A DNA stretch of 64,000 bases from Eledone cirrhosa (GCA_964016885.1 OZ024745.1:43400001-43464000), one strand, 5' to 3'. Numbered from the stretch's first letter, positions 25,428 through 38,166 are shown. Notes: generated by a model from the sequence alone, not told the origin. Program-made: numbers and translations.

Positions 25428-25636
25428 TAATAATAATTATAATAATAATAATTGTTTCTACGTTAGGCACAAGGCCAGCAATTACCCAGTGCATTACTGG
25501 TACTTTATTTTATCGACCCCGTAAGGATGAAAGGCAAAGTTAACCTCGGCGGGATTTGAACTCAGAATGGCAAGGGCCGTAACTCTATACGTCAAAGCAT
25601 GGCGTCCGACCCTCTCCCAATACTGCCAATTCACCT
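25428..25636 (-). mobile_element. Nin/Deu-like tRNA SINE with (TTA)n tail
   Basis: Colinear with 28724-28913. Confidence 0.88.
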
Positions 25637-25637
25637 C

Positions 25638-25990
25638 AATAATAATAATAACATTAATAATGACAACTATAATGACAATAATAAAAAACAAAGGGAAGCA
25701 AAAGGAAAGAAAGAATAGGGAAATATAAAGAAAAAAAGAAAAGAAAAAAGAACGGGGAGGGGATGGCAAGAGCTCTGGTGTTTCAGAAGAGAGGGGAGGG
25801 GTGAAGAGCGAGGGTGATTGGGGCTAGGGGGCCGAAGTGCTGCGCCCCGCTGACAAGATGGCAAAAGAATTCCCGTGGACGATGGCCAGTGACACCTGCT
25901 ACAACAGCCATCCAACCTCATGGGGCTCCCTCCTTGTGAAGACCCCTTGTAGACAGAAAAAAAGTTGCCAGTTGTTGTGCCATCCATACG
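25638..25990 (-). mobile_element. 3' remnant of a CRE-like (restriction-like endonuclease) non-LTR retrotransposon
   Basis: Minus strand translates ...TRREPHEVGWLL*QVSLAIVHGNSFAILSAG..., resembling the RLE-element C-terminal motif (E..WL.QR.SLAI.RGNA..IL). Followed by a pyrimidine-rich UTR and a (TAT)n-like tail. Confidence 0.65.
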
Positions 25991-28723
25991 GGGCCGTTAC
26001 CTGATTTTCTAAGCTGTTTATAACAACCAACTGTATTTACATTTATTTTCTGACCCTTATAACTTCTTAGTGCTTTGAAAGTTTGAACTTTGCATACAAT
26101 GTTGTAGAATTGAAGATTTGTTTCCCTCATTTTGTTTTGGGTAAGCTGCTTACACACAGCTTTCTATTTTACAAAGAAGTGAAACTGTTATCTCCAGGGA
26201 TAACAATTTCATTTCTATTGCCAGAATTTGAGAGTGTGTTGTTGAGCAACTTGATGCTGGTTACTGCTTTTATTTGTCTATATCATCCATACTTTATTCA
26301 ATGTCATTATTTAAATCAATCTTTTATTTTTTTTACTAGAAATCTAGAAATCAATGAAAGGGTTGATAAGCATAGACATGCTTATCAACCCTTTCATTGT
26401 CATATTTCTAATACACTACCTATGTGTTTCATTTAATCTGGAAAAATAACCAAAAATCTAAAGGAATTCAATAAAATAAGTTTTTCATAAATTAAAAAAA
26501 AATTATGATGGAAATTTTTAATATAAAGATAAATATTTTAGAATGAACAGTTTAGTGTCATAAATCCAGGATGATTTCAGATGGTTTGGTTTTATAAGGG
26601 TTAACTCCAGAAAACTTCTGTGTAAACACTATTGGTGACTTTTTTGACATTTTCACTATACATACAGTATTGAGATTTATTGACTGTCATTGCAAAAACC
26701 ACTCAAAATGAGAACTGCAAGTGCATAAGTCATGTCAGAATGTTTCAGTTTAATTCTTGATACAATGATACATTTTTTTTTCATAAGATGCACTCTCTGT
26801 AACAAATGTCGCCTTCAATCATATGTTCATATAAAGGGGTTATTGGAATTCTTGTTCCATTGCAAAGCTTTATTTAAATTCTGTAGTAGCATTAAACCAT
26901 ATCCTTTTTTCAATTGCTTTTTATAAAATATTATTAAAAGGTAATTGCACAGATAAAAATAAGATTAAATTATATATTATTTTCTATTCGATTTGCAACA
27001 AAATTAAGACCTCTTCCAACTTTGATAGTAGAATAATGTAATATTCTTTTCTAACATTGGCACAAGGCCAGCAATTTGGAGAAAGTGGAAAGTCAGTTAT
27101 ATCAATCGCAGTACTTAACTAGTTCTTTAACCATTGTTGAAGGATGAAAAGCAAAGTTCATTTTGGTGGGATTTGAATTCAAAATGTAGAAAGTCATAAC
27201 TAAATGCTGCAAAGCATTTTGTCTAGTGCTTCACTGCTCTATAATATAATAATATTAAATACCATGTGGTTTGTGAATACAAATTGGAGATACAACCAAA
27301 TTCAGCATGGAATATAAGAAGTCTTAATTTACAAGATCAATCAAAGCAAATTTATATAACTCATCATCATCATCGTTTAACGTCCATACCAAGCTGACTT
27401 ACCCTAGATCAGTAGCATCCAAATATTATCCCTATAGTACACTGGTATATAAATATTTTAAAGATTCATTTTATTTTACTTTTTGTATAATGTGCACCAA
27501 AATTTATTTATTTGCTCTAAAGTGCACCATGAGTAAAAGAAAAAAAAAGATAGGAGCCACTGTGCTCAATATTTATTTTATCAACACTTGAAGGGGAAGG
27601 AAGAGAGTCCCCATTTACTCTGATATAGGATGAAAAGCAACTTTAACCCAGATGTAGAAGTGAGGAGACTAATTACTATAAACCACTTCTCCACTTCTGT
27701 TGACTTACTATTTCACTGTATAATTTAATATCAGTAAATACAAGATAAAAGAATTGTTTTAATGGTGACATTTCCAAATAATCTCTTTATATAACACCTT
27801 CAAAATATCTACTGCACTTTTTATTGCTCTTTTGCTGTTTAGTCAGTCAATGAAGGAGCATTGCTTATGACCTTTTTCAGGCCCTCTGAGGCTGGTGTGG
27901 AGAGAGTGAGGAAGTGATCCTCAAACAGGAGTCTTCCCCCACCTAATGCCTGCAATGGACAGGACTCCACCAAACTGCACCCAATAATGAAATGATAGAA
28001 TTAAATAAGTCTACCACTCAAATAGGCCACAGCAAGATTTGAACTTAGAGAGCAAAGCATCACATCCACCACCTTCAACTGGAATTTTTTCCAAATGACT
28101 TTGAAAGGATGAATAGCCAAGTTGACAGCAGTTGTATTTGAACTCAAAGAACAGAGAGCTGGAACAAATGTTGCAAGCCAATTAGTGTGACATAAGAATT
28201 TGAGTAGATAATAACCGTTAGTCTGTTATATCTTAACCACCTCTAAAAACAGATTAAACAGAAGCCAATTGTTGCTAAGTATCGATTATCAGAGCTAAAA
28301 ATAATACCTTATAAATAAACAAAAACATTAAAAAAACACTAATCGAGTACATTTCTTTCATGTTTATTTAAATATTTTATCACATTTCAATTGATTCATG
28401 CACTGATTACTTTCGAGTATCCAATTTACACACACACACATTTTTCAGACACTGCCTATAATTTTCAAATAATTTTGAAAGTAATCAAGAATTCACATGA
28501 ATTTAGTAATACAACTAAACTTTCTCATTATTAAGCTGGTGTTAGGAACATAAGTTAGTAAAGTTTCTTACATGAAGTTATGATAGAAAAGTTTTTAGAT
28601 AAATATAAACACTTTAATCCATTCATCAGCTTATTTCTAATGAAAGACACTGTCTATCAATTTCAAATAATTTTGAAAATAATCAAGAATTTGGAGAGAT
28701 TTAGTAATATAACAAACTTTCTC

Positions 28724-28913
28724 GGTGGATTGGCAGTATCGGTAGAGGGTCAGACGCCATGCTTTGATGCATAGAGTTACGGCCCTTACCATTCTGAGTT
28801 CAAATCCCGCCGAGGTTAACTTTGCCTTTCATCCTTACGGGGTCGATAAAATAAAGTACCAGTAATGCACTGGGTTATTGCTGGCCTTGTGCCTAAAAGT
28901 AGAAACAATTATT
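28724..28913 (+). mobile_element. Nin/Deu-like tRNA SINE
   Basis: tggcagtatcggt A-box region, gagttcaaatccc B box, gcctttcatccttacggggtcgataaaataaagtacc domain. Confidence 0.9.
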
Positions 28914-29076
28914 AAGCAAGTGTTTGAAACAACTTAACGAAAGTTGTTAAATAAAGTTATGATGGAAGGATTTTAGACAAACATACATTTGAAGTTATTA
29001 CCACAGAAACAGGGTGATTCTTGGCAGTTTTATATCAAAAGATTTAAATTATTTTAGCAACTAGTCATCTTAGATA

Positions 29077-29260
29077 AATAATTGTTTCTACTTTAGGCAC
29101 AAGGCCAGCAAATACCCAGTGCATTACTGGTACTTTATTTTATCGACCCCGTAAGGATTAAAGGCAAAGTCAACCTCGGCGGGATTTGAACTCAGATCGT
29201 AAAGGGACGTAACTATGCTGGAAAGCATGACGTCCGACCCTCTACCGATACTGCCAATCC
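29077..29260 (-). mobile_element. Nin/Deu-like tRNA SINE
   Basis: Inverted relative to 28724-28913; TSD-like agataaataat on both sides. Confidence 0.9.
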
Positions 29261-29446
29261 AAGATAAATAATAGCTTTTATTGTATCTGTTTTTCTAAGA
29301 AATGTAGGATTGGTTGAAATACTGTGTAGATAGTGAGTACAGTAAGAATAATGTAATGGGGCAGTGTAAAATGACATGCTACTTATCTTCCACTTCAAAT
29401 GTTATCTATGCAAATTAACTTTCTGACTAAGTGCAGTTATAAATAT

Positions 29447-29524
<78 letters not shown>

Positions 29525-29608
29525 ACATATATATAACTTCATGGGTACATATATTCAATAGCAATACTCTTTAAATGTGACAAACAAGTTTAACCTTTAC
29601 AACAATCC

Positions 29609-29643
<35 letters not shown>

Positions 29644-29717
29644 CAGGAAGGAATCGCTAAGTTGTGATGAAGAACTGTCTCTTCCAGCTTCAAATAAATG
29701 AATAAACTCTACATTTG

Positions 29718-29750
<33 letters not shown>

Positions 29751-29751
<1 letters not shown>

Positions 29752-29966
29752 GATCGATTGACTTTCGTCAAATCAGACCGAGGAAACAATGTTTTTGTCG
29801 GTCTTTCCAGTTGCTAATACTATCTATTAGTCGAAACTCCAAGTAGAAGGAGCAACGTGAAATAAAGTGTCTTGCTCAAGGACATAACACATCGCCCGGT
29901 CCAGGAATCGAACTCACAACCTCAAGATTGTGAATCCAATTCTCTAACCACTCAGCCATACACCTT
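29751..29966 (-). mobile_element. tRNA/CORE-like SINE with third 3' region
   Basis: Minus strand tggctgagtggttagag A box, gagttcgattcc B box, ccttgagcaagacactt core. Ends at a (TA)n tract. Confidence 0.8.
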
Positions 29967-30466
29967 TTTGCGTGCAATTGTTCTCCATGCCACACATAAT
30001 GACGTATTACCTTCGTTTTTTCCGTTCATTGCCAGAGAACGTCTCTATGAACCACCTAATAGAATATTAGTCTACGACTTCTTTTATACCATAAACGTGG
30101 TTTTGTCTTTGCGCGTAATTGTTTTTAACTCCTCCAAATAATGACGTATTATCTTCCTTTTATCCCGTTCTTTGCCAGGGAACGTTTCCACGAACCAAAG
30201 TATCAACTTTCTGTCTTCCTCCGGTTGCAACGTTTTTTGAAATATTTACTTCTGCGTTCACAGATTGCTTTGTTAGTTTCAGAAGATCCCGTTAAGGGTG
30301 AAAGCAGCGATTCTTTGCTTAAACTTTAATCTGTTATTTTAATAAATATATATATATATATATATAAAAGAGTAACCGTACGTTGAAACCGTCCATGAAA
30401 CTGGCTTTCTTAACCACGAACTGGATCACAATAAGCAATTTTCTGCTTCCCTAACTATATATGGAT

Positions 30467-30512
<46 letters not shown>

Positions 30513-30636
30513 CACACATCACACACCACACACAACACACAACACACAACACAACACACAACACACACTCGCTCTCGCTCTCTCTGTAAAAACATTGATG
30601 TAAATCAATTCAAGAACTCAATGTGCATTTTCCACA

Positions 30637-30855
30637 TAGGAGTGAAGAAGTGCCAGGAAATGCCAGTTGAAGGAAGACGTAGTAGAGGTAGACCACGAAA
30701 AACATGGGCGGAGGTGGTGAGAACAGACCTCAGATCATTGAAGCTCACGGTGGAGATGACGAGGGACCGTGACGAGTGGAGAGATGCTGTGCTGAATAAG
30801 ACCCGTCCCACCCTTGCAAGCAGGGAAAAGCGGACGTAAAATGATGATGATGATG
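30637..30855 (+). mobile_element. 3' fragment of a second RTE LINE family (donor of SINE tail 1)
   Basis: VKKCQEMPVEGRRSRGRPRKTWAEVVRTDL...DRDEWRDAV matches the RTE ORF C-terminus; (ATG)n tail. Confidence 0.9.
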
Positions 30856-30871
30856 AGTGATGGAGTATTTT

Positions 30872-31056
30872 TAGAATAAGAAAATACAAAGTTTAGATGG
30901 TAAAGTCCTTTATTGATAAGGCTGGGATAAATATTTTGATGACGGCAGTGGCCACGCTATTCGGCGTAGTAACCAGTGCCATGAGCTCTTCAGATATGTA
31001 TCTCAGCCTTATCAATAAAGGACTTTATCATCTAAACTTTGTACTTCCTTATTCTA
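30872..31056. repeat. Long inverted repeat / foldback MITE-like hairpin
   Basis: 63-bp arms 30872-30934 and 30994-31056 with 5 mismatches; the spacer is also partly self-complementary. Confidence 0.88.
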
Positions 31057-31696
31057 TATATAAGTAGTGTATTATTTGAAGGCTATCACAATGCAAGGTG
31101 GACAATAAATTCTGAAAAATTGAAGGCAATGAAGATGTTTGTGTGCTACCTGGTGGTTTATTTATTGGTCTTTATATTTCGGTATGAAAATAAGAAACTG
31201 GTTCAGAATGTGAATTTTGGTAATTATATACATAAACACACATACACACACATATATACGCTATATACACTGACACACATTTAATATGTACATCCTAATG
31301 CAAATGACAATAATAATTGTTTCTACGTTTGGCACAAGGCCAGCAATTATCCAGTGCATTACTGGTACTTTATTTTACAATATGACAATAATAATAGTCT
31401 ATAATTATAGATAATAGTTGAGTAAATCTGGTAAAGTGAAGGTTAATAATTTCATATAGATTATTGAAGCTGGTTTACATGCTTATCTATCAGATGCTTA
31501 TCTATCAGATACTAATTCCTAACTTAGGCAAAATGCCTAAATGTTAATTATATTAACTACTATTTTACCATCTCTTGAAGGATGAAGAGCAGATTTGTGT
31601 TTTGCAGTATTGGAAATCAGACCTTAATGGGCTATAATTAAATACCAAAAGACATTTCATCTCCCATTCTAGCAAACCAGTTAATCTGCCACTATT

Positions 31697-32190
31697 CATC
31701 TTCATCATCATCATCACCGTTTTATGTCCGTTCTTCCACGCTAGCATGGGTTAAGCGGGTTGTCCTGTTGTGGGCAGTAGCCGGTCGGCTGACCATGCCT
31801 TGCTCATACAGGAACTGATTCTGGCTTGATTTCTACAGCTAGATGCCCTTCCTAACACCAACCTCATTTACAGTGAGTGCTGAATGCTTTTTTTCCGTGG
31901 TGCCTACACGTCCACTTTACAGTATGGGCTGGGTGCTCTTTTGCCATGGCACCTCCACGACCACTTTGCAGTGGGAGGGTGTGGGGGCATATTGTCTATA
32001 TGCTTCAGCTTCGGCTTGTACCCGTGGGGTGTCAGATCTTCTGTATTACTGCGTGATGCCAGAGGTTACAGTCACGTGTCATCGCCTTTGAGAGGTGTAA
32101 TTGGGTAAGGTCGGCTTTTATCACCTCATCCCAGGTCTTCTGCAGTTTCCATTGACGTCTAGTGCTCTGTACCTTTTTATGCAGCTATTG
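31697..32190 (-). mobile_element. 3' fragment of a third RTE LINE family (donor of SINE body and tail 2)
   Basis: 3' UTR matches tail-2 SINEs up to ccactgcaaagtgg, then continues into a degraded ORF end (KTWDEVIKADLTQLHLSK). Confidence 0.85.
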
Positions 32191-32717
32191 TAGGTATTAA
32201 CTAAAATAATTAGTTTCAATTTAATACTGGCTGATGATGGCTATGCACCTGTGAATTTATATTTAAAAGAATATAGATAACAATTCCCCCACCAGACCGT
32301 CTTTTTGTAATTAGTTTAATCTGAAACGCATGGTTGTGCTATAGCATTATAAAAAACATTTTAATACTGCATATATTTAAAAAGCAGTGAATTGACAGAG
32401 TTTTTAGAATGTCAGATAGAATGCTTTACAGTATTTGTTCCAGCTCTCTGTACTCTGAGTTCAAAATCAACCAAGGTCAACTTTTCCTTTCATCTTTTTG
32501 AGGTTGATTACAAATAAGTATCAGTCCAATACTGGAGTTGATTCTTCCTCTATATCTCTTTCTCATTTCCTTTCTATCCCACACTCTCTCTCTCCTTCTC
32601 TGGAAGAAATCAGTTGTATTCACACCTGGAAAGAGGATGCTCTCTGTCAAGTTTGAAAATGTCCAAGGCATACTGTATGTCATTACAGCATCTCCTATAA
32701 CTCTCTCAAGAGTTATG

Positions 32718-32762
32718 AGTGTGCGCGCACACACACAGACACACACACAGACGCACACACAG

Positions 32763-32812
<50 letters not shown>

Positions 32813-32819
32813 ACACACA
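32718..32819. repeat. (CA)n microsatellite
   Basis: Direct inspection. Confidence 0.95.
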
Positions 32820-33589
32820 TAAGTAAATGAATAAAATAGGGGATATAACCTCTTGAGATGAAAAAAGAAATTGTATCCCTGGTTTTATTGTAATAACTTT
32901 GTGTTGTAGTGACCTTTGTATCAAGTAATACATATTTTTGGACAAACATACATATACATCCACACGCTTGCACACGTGCACACACACACACATATGAACA
33001 TGAACACATATATGTTTGAGAGAGCCATTCTGTCAATAAAACACTCCCACTGGTTGTAGTTCTCTTCTGTTATATTGTCAGTCAACCAACGAGTTATTTA
33101 ATTAATTAATTGGTTTGTCAAATTCCTTTCATCACACCCTTTGACCTTATTAATAACATGCTCCTTATGCAACCACTCCGTGTAATTATGCACTCATTCA
33201 GTCCTCTTTGCTAATTTCTCAAAATGTAATACTGCATTTATTGAGTAAACTGCATAATTTAGGTGCTGCTGCTGCATGTGTGCATTGATTGGGAGTGTCT
33301 GTGTGTGTGTGTGTTGTTTGGAGAGTCTGTGTGTGTGTGAGAAAGAATTTTGTTGTTTTTGATGTTTTCATTCTCATTATATGTTCAGACATACATAAAG
33401 CAACAAAAGTATATGTGTACACACATATAAAAGTATATGTGTACACAGACATTTATATATATCATCAGGAAAACCTTACTGATAATTTCAAATGAATGAA
33501 ACAGTTCTAGTCATCTAGAATTCATTTCTACATGTAATATATTTGTACCATCTTTACTAATTTAACTCTGGTTCTCTTTCATTCCTCTC

Positions 33590-33930
33590 CAAAGAGAAGA
33601 AGAGAAGGTGCAAGAATGCTCTCAAAAAATTCCTTCAAAGTTGTCACATTAACCATCATCATTGGTCTGATATGGCCTCTGATCATGTGATCTATTGACA
33701 CACCATTCGCCTGATTGTTTCCTCTATTGAGAATACATGCAGAGGTGATCTTGATGAGAAAAAGAGTTGGAGGATGAAATATGATACAGCAACACAAGAT
33801 TTTCATTGTAGGTGTTGTAGCCAGGTTTGCCCGCATGATATTGGTTTTGTCAGCCACCAGCGAGCCTATAATAGACATGGGCAACCCCACTTTTATAAAT
33901 CTTTCTTAGCAAAGTCAAGCCATGATGATA
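33590..33930 (+). pseudogene. Degraded 3' end of a BovB-like RTE LINE with C-terminal zinc finger
   Basis: Plus frame RRCKNALKKFLQSCHINHHHWSDMASDH..*HTIR...FHCRCCSQVCPHDIGFVSHQRA; ends aagccatgatgat. Confidence 0.7.
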
Positions 33931-34899
33931 TATCATAAATTCTATGTATGTTACAGAATTATATGATCAGTATCACTATAAACCTGCAATCAAGATATTT
34001 TAGTTTGCCTACATGACATATCTTGGAATACCTAGCAGTTGTGAATTTGGTAATTATAATTATAAACAGCTGCTGGATTTATCTGAGTTAATGATAGTGT
34101 TCCCTATTACTGCAAACTATTTGTATATTCGAAATTCTAATAGGTGAGAAACAGAGTTTGCTATTAAATCTTGTTCCTTCTACTTAATTTAACTGCAAAG
34201 AAAAAAAAAAAACGAAAAAAGAAAATTAAATAAATATCAGCCTAACTATCTAGGATAAATTACCTTTATAGATATTTTGTGTGCTAGGAAACACACATGT
34301 ATACTTTCAATATCGTTAGTAGGGTTTCAACATTTCCACAGTTAAAGTATGTTTGGAATCTACTTAAGAAAAAAGGTAAAAGACCAATTTCCATTTTTCC
34401 TTTTATAAAACACTGCAAATAAACTTTGAACTCATAATTTTCACATTTCAAACATAGAAATAAAGATATTTATAACAGAATTAGTTCCTGACAACCAAGA
34501 AACAATATTTATGAAGGTAATTAGCTTAGTTTATTTTTTAGTAATTTTATGTGAAAGTTAAAGGGATGAGATTTAATAGAGAATTTAGTTCCTCACCTAC
34601 CAGAGGTTGGAATATACAAATAGTTTGTAGTAACAGGAAACTCCACAACAACAACAATCGAAACTAACACTGCCACCATTCATCAACCACCACCAATCAT
34701 CATCATCATTATGATCATCACCATCATCATCATCACCACCACCACCGCCACCACCATCACTGTTTAATGCCTATTTTCAATGCATTAATTAGAATGGCTG
34801 TAACATACTGAGGCTAGACTTGTCAGGTAACCATATGTTGCTCATATACTCCATTTGGGGCTTGGCTTTTATAGGTGAATGCCCTTCCTAATGCCAGCC

Positions 34900-35425
34900 A
34901 TTTTATGGCATGTATTGAGAGCTTTTTTTCATGATTCCAGCACTACCACCTTTTAGGGTGGACTGAGTGCTTTTTGTCATGGCACCCACACTACCACCTT
35001 TTAGGGTGGACTGAGTGCTTTTTGTCATGGCACCCCACTACCACCTTACATGGTGGACTGAGTGCTTTTTGTCATGGCACCCCACTACCACCTTACATGG
35101 TGGACTGAGTGCTTTTTGTCATGGCACCCACACTACCACCTTTTAGGGTGGACTGAGTGCTTTTTGTCATGGCACCCACACTACCACCTTTTAGGGTGGA
35201 CTGAGTGCTTTTTGTCATGGCACCCACACTACCACCTTTTAGGGTGGACTGAGTGCTTTTTGTCATGGCACCCCACTACCACCTTACATGGTGGACTGAG
35301 TGCTTTTTGTCATGGCACCCACACTACCACCTTACATGGTGGACTAGATGCTTTTTTTATTGTGGCACCAACACTATCACTTTACAATTGGCTGGGTTCA
35401 TTTTTCTGTGGTATCAGCACTACAT
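34900..35425 (-). repeat. Minisatellite, 47-48-bp unit x ~10, inside an old RTE 3' UTR-like element (from ~34700)
   Basis: cactaccaccttttagggtggactgagtgctttttgtcatggcaccca and the variant ...cttacatggtggact.... Confidence 0.9.
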
Positions 35426-35768
35426 CATAAGGACACTAGGGTGCTCATTGTATCTCTGACTAGGCTGGGGATGCATTAATGGGAGTGGGAGAGTAAGAAT
35501 AAAGAAAATTTCAGCAGCTGCCTAGGGTTCTAATTCCCAAATCCCCAACTACTTGGTATTCCAAAACATGACCTCTGGGCAGCAATAACGTATATTGATT
35601 GCAGATTTGTAGTGATGCTTAACCTAAAATATGTAACAAAAGGTTTTCTAAAATATATAAAGGTAGGGAATGATATTAATTATTACAATAGACATTTTAT
35701 GTCTAAATTTCTGAAATAAATTGTGCTAAAATAATTAATTTAATCTTTCATATCTCTATAGTTCATAC

Positions 35769-35993
35769 CAGTGATTTCCAAACTTATTTTGTCGTGGAAC
35801 CCTTATATGATTTTAAAAAACATCTCAGAACTCATACCCATATTCCATGGACAATTACTGCCTTACTCTAATTTAGATAAGTCACTCAATGAATCAAAAA
35901 TTGTTTTAGAGAAAATTTATTCTATATGAAAAATACACTTTAGTTCATGAAACCCTAGAATTTTTTTCATAAAACCCTGTTTTGGAAACACTG
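35769..35993. mobile_element. hAT-type MITE
   Basis: TIR cagtgatttccaaac / gttttggaaacactg; flanking 8-mers only partly match. Confidence 0.65.
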
Positions 35994-36383
35994 CTCTGTA
36001 CAATATTTTAACAAGTCTCTTCTCTGATCATAATCAATCACCTTATTCTTATATATTCCTAGATTGGATTGAAACTCAGAACATTTATTTCTAGTACAGG
36101 TTTACAACATTTTTCTTTGTAGAGCACAGTGGTTAAAAAGGAAATACAAATAAAATGTAATATAAAACATAGAAAATAAGAGTAATACTATAGAAATGTT
36201 CAGTTATTTTATCAACATATTTCTTGCCATTATATCTAACATTCAAAGATAATAAATTTAGTATTTAAGTCCCTAAGATAAAGAAATTAATGTAAAAATC
36301 CTGTTTCAAATTAAACAATATCAGATTAGAGCCTGTGTGATAAGCTGAAGCATATAGGAATAATATCTACATCAGATAATTGT

Positions 36384-36573
36384 TTAACCCTTTACCAGAG
36401 TTCTCTCACCTCTTTCTGTTCAAACTGACCATAACCGGCTGCTCATAGTTATTTTAAGGTATTGTTCTCAAAATAAATATCAAAATCTTGTAGATTTGAC
36501 ATTATGTGAGATAAAGTGTTTACTATGAAAATATAATAATAAATATAGAGTAATGTAACTGCTAAAGGGTTAA
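36384..36573. mobile_element. piggyBac-type MITE
   Basis: TTAA ccctttta-like start, taaaggg TTAA end; body homologous to 20173-20388. Confidence 0.75.
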
Positions 36574-37762
36574 AGAAAGATTCCAATGACTGGTAGAAGG
36601 TAGAGAGTACCTACACATAATTTATTCAAAAACACATTGTGCCTAGAACATAAGTGAAGAAGTTATTTAAATATGTTTAGAGAAAAAGAAGTAAATAAGT
36701 AACTAGCATATGGTGCTATGTTTAATGTATTTTATTTTGTTCAATATCATCAGATAGTTTACATTGTCATTCCCTTCCTTCTTACTTAACCTAATCATAT
36801 GCACATTCATAATTTGATCTATCTGAGAAGTGCTGATAGTAAAATACCAGTTTTGTTTGAGATAATGTTTATGAATATATTTTATGGACCAATATGTATT
36901 GAAGATTGTGAGAACTTAACCTGAAAGTATTATATTTGAATTATATTAGGGAGACATATTGGTTCTGAGATGAAGGTGTAGCACTATTGATTGCAGCCAT
37001 TCTGTAATACTTTTAAGGAAGGCATATATGTTGTCTTTCTCTAATTCACTTGATTGTACAAAAACAGTCTTCATTCCTACCTCCTGTTTAGAGAGTTCAC
37101 AGTGCAAAAGTGAGACCTGATATAAAAATAATTGCTCCTTCAAATAAACCAACCCACTTATGCAAACAAAGAATGGTAGGTGTGTGTGTGAGGGGGGGGG
37201 GGGGTATTTCGGGAGGTATTATACTTAAGAAAAGCAAACAAAACTTGTCTCAAGTGGGTTTGTATATCCTGGTCTAGGAGTTGTGCAAATGTTTCCAATT
37301 TTGGCTATGCAATAAGATGACAGAGATCATGTTTTGTCAGTAGTGACAAACTGAACAAAGTTTATTGTACAAGAAGCTGAGCATTAAGCTGTCATCGTGT
37401 ATTGTATGAACTCTGTGTCTCTGTATGTATTGATTCTTAACCAACATTTGCTCTATTGCAGTAATATACTTTAAGATTGATGCACTTGTCATTCTGTAAC
37501 ATTCTCTCTATCTGTACCATCTATATTTCTGATTAACATCCATTCAACACATTTGTCTGGTCAATACAAGTGTCTCCTTGATGAAGGAAAAACTGTCAAT
37601 CTGTGGCTAACTAGTCAAATTTGATGTTCTTACAGGCAAGCTACTCAAATAAAAATCAATTTTAAAAACAAATAAATCAAATTAAATATTTCATTTTATC
37701 TGTTTAGACAGAAATATCACATGTACATCATTTAATATTTTAATGTTTGATTCATAAAAATA

Positions 37763-38166
37763 TTAACCCTTTTGATAACAAACCAGGTGAAACCACTCCT
37801 GGTTCTGGGATACTAAACTGTTTATTTTTAAATGTTTATATTTATCTAAAAACCTTCCATCATAATTTTATGCCAGAACCTTTGTTAAATAAGGCTCCAA
37901 ACACCAGCTTAATAATAAAAAATTCTGAGTTTTTCGAATATTAATATTCGATTCATTTGCAATTATGCAAACAGCCTCTTTAAGTCATGTGAGTGGATTG
38001 ACCCCGTCATTCTTTCTTGTATTCAGCCACGTAGAGCAATAAAACTATTTGTTAACTAAAATTAGATATATTATTAACTTCTCCAAATTCTTCATTATTT
38101 TCAAAATTATTTGAAAATCCTAGGCAGTTCTTTTTTTTATGAGAAGTATGATAACAAAAGGATTAA
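37763..38166. mobile_element. piggyBac-type MITE, second family
   Basis: TTAA cccttttgata ... ataacaaaagga TTAA; related fragments near 17860-18090, 26385-26604 and 28440-29045. Confidence 0.6.

Noticed and set aside
30275-30325. Hammerhead-like cagaaga-tccc-gttaa-gggt-gaaa
   Set aside because: Core U is mutated and stems I and III cannot be formed convincingly.
32225-32340. CTGATGA ... GAAACGCAT
   Set aside because: No credible stem II or stem I between the boxes.
33579-33890. 103-aa minus-strand ORF
   Set aside because: Antisense to a degraded RTE 3' end on the plus strand.
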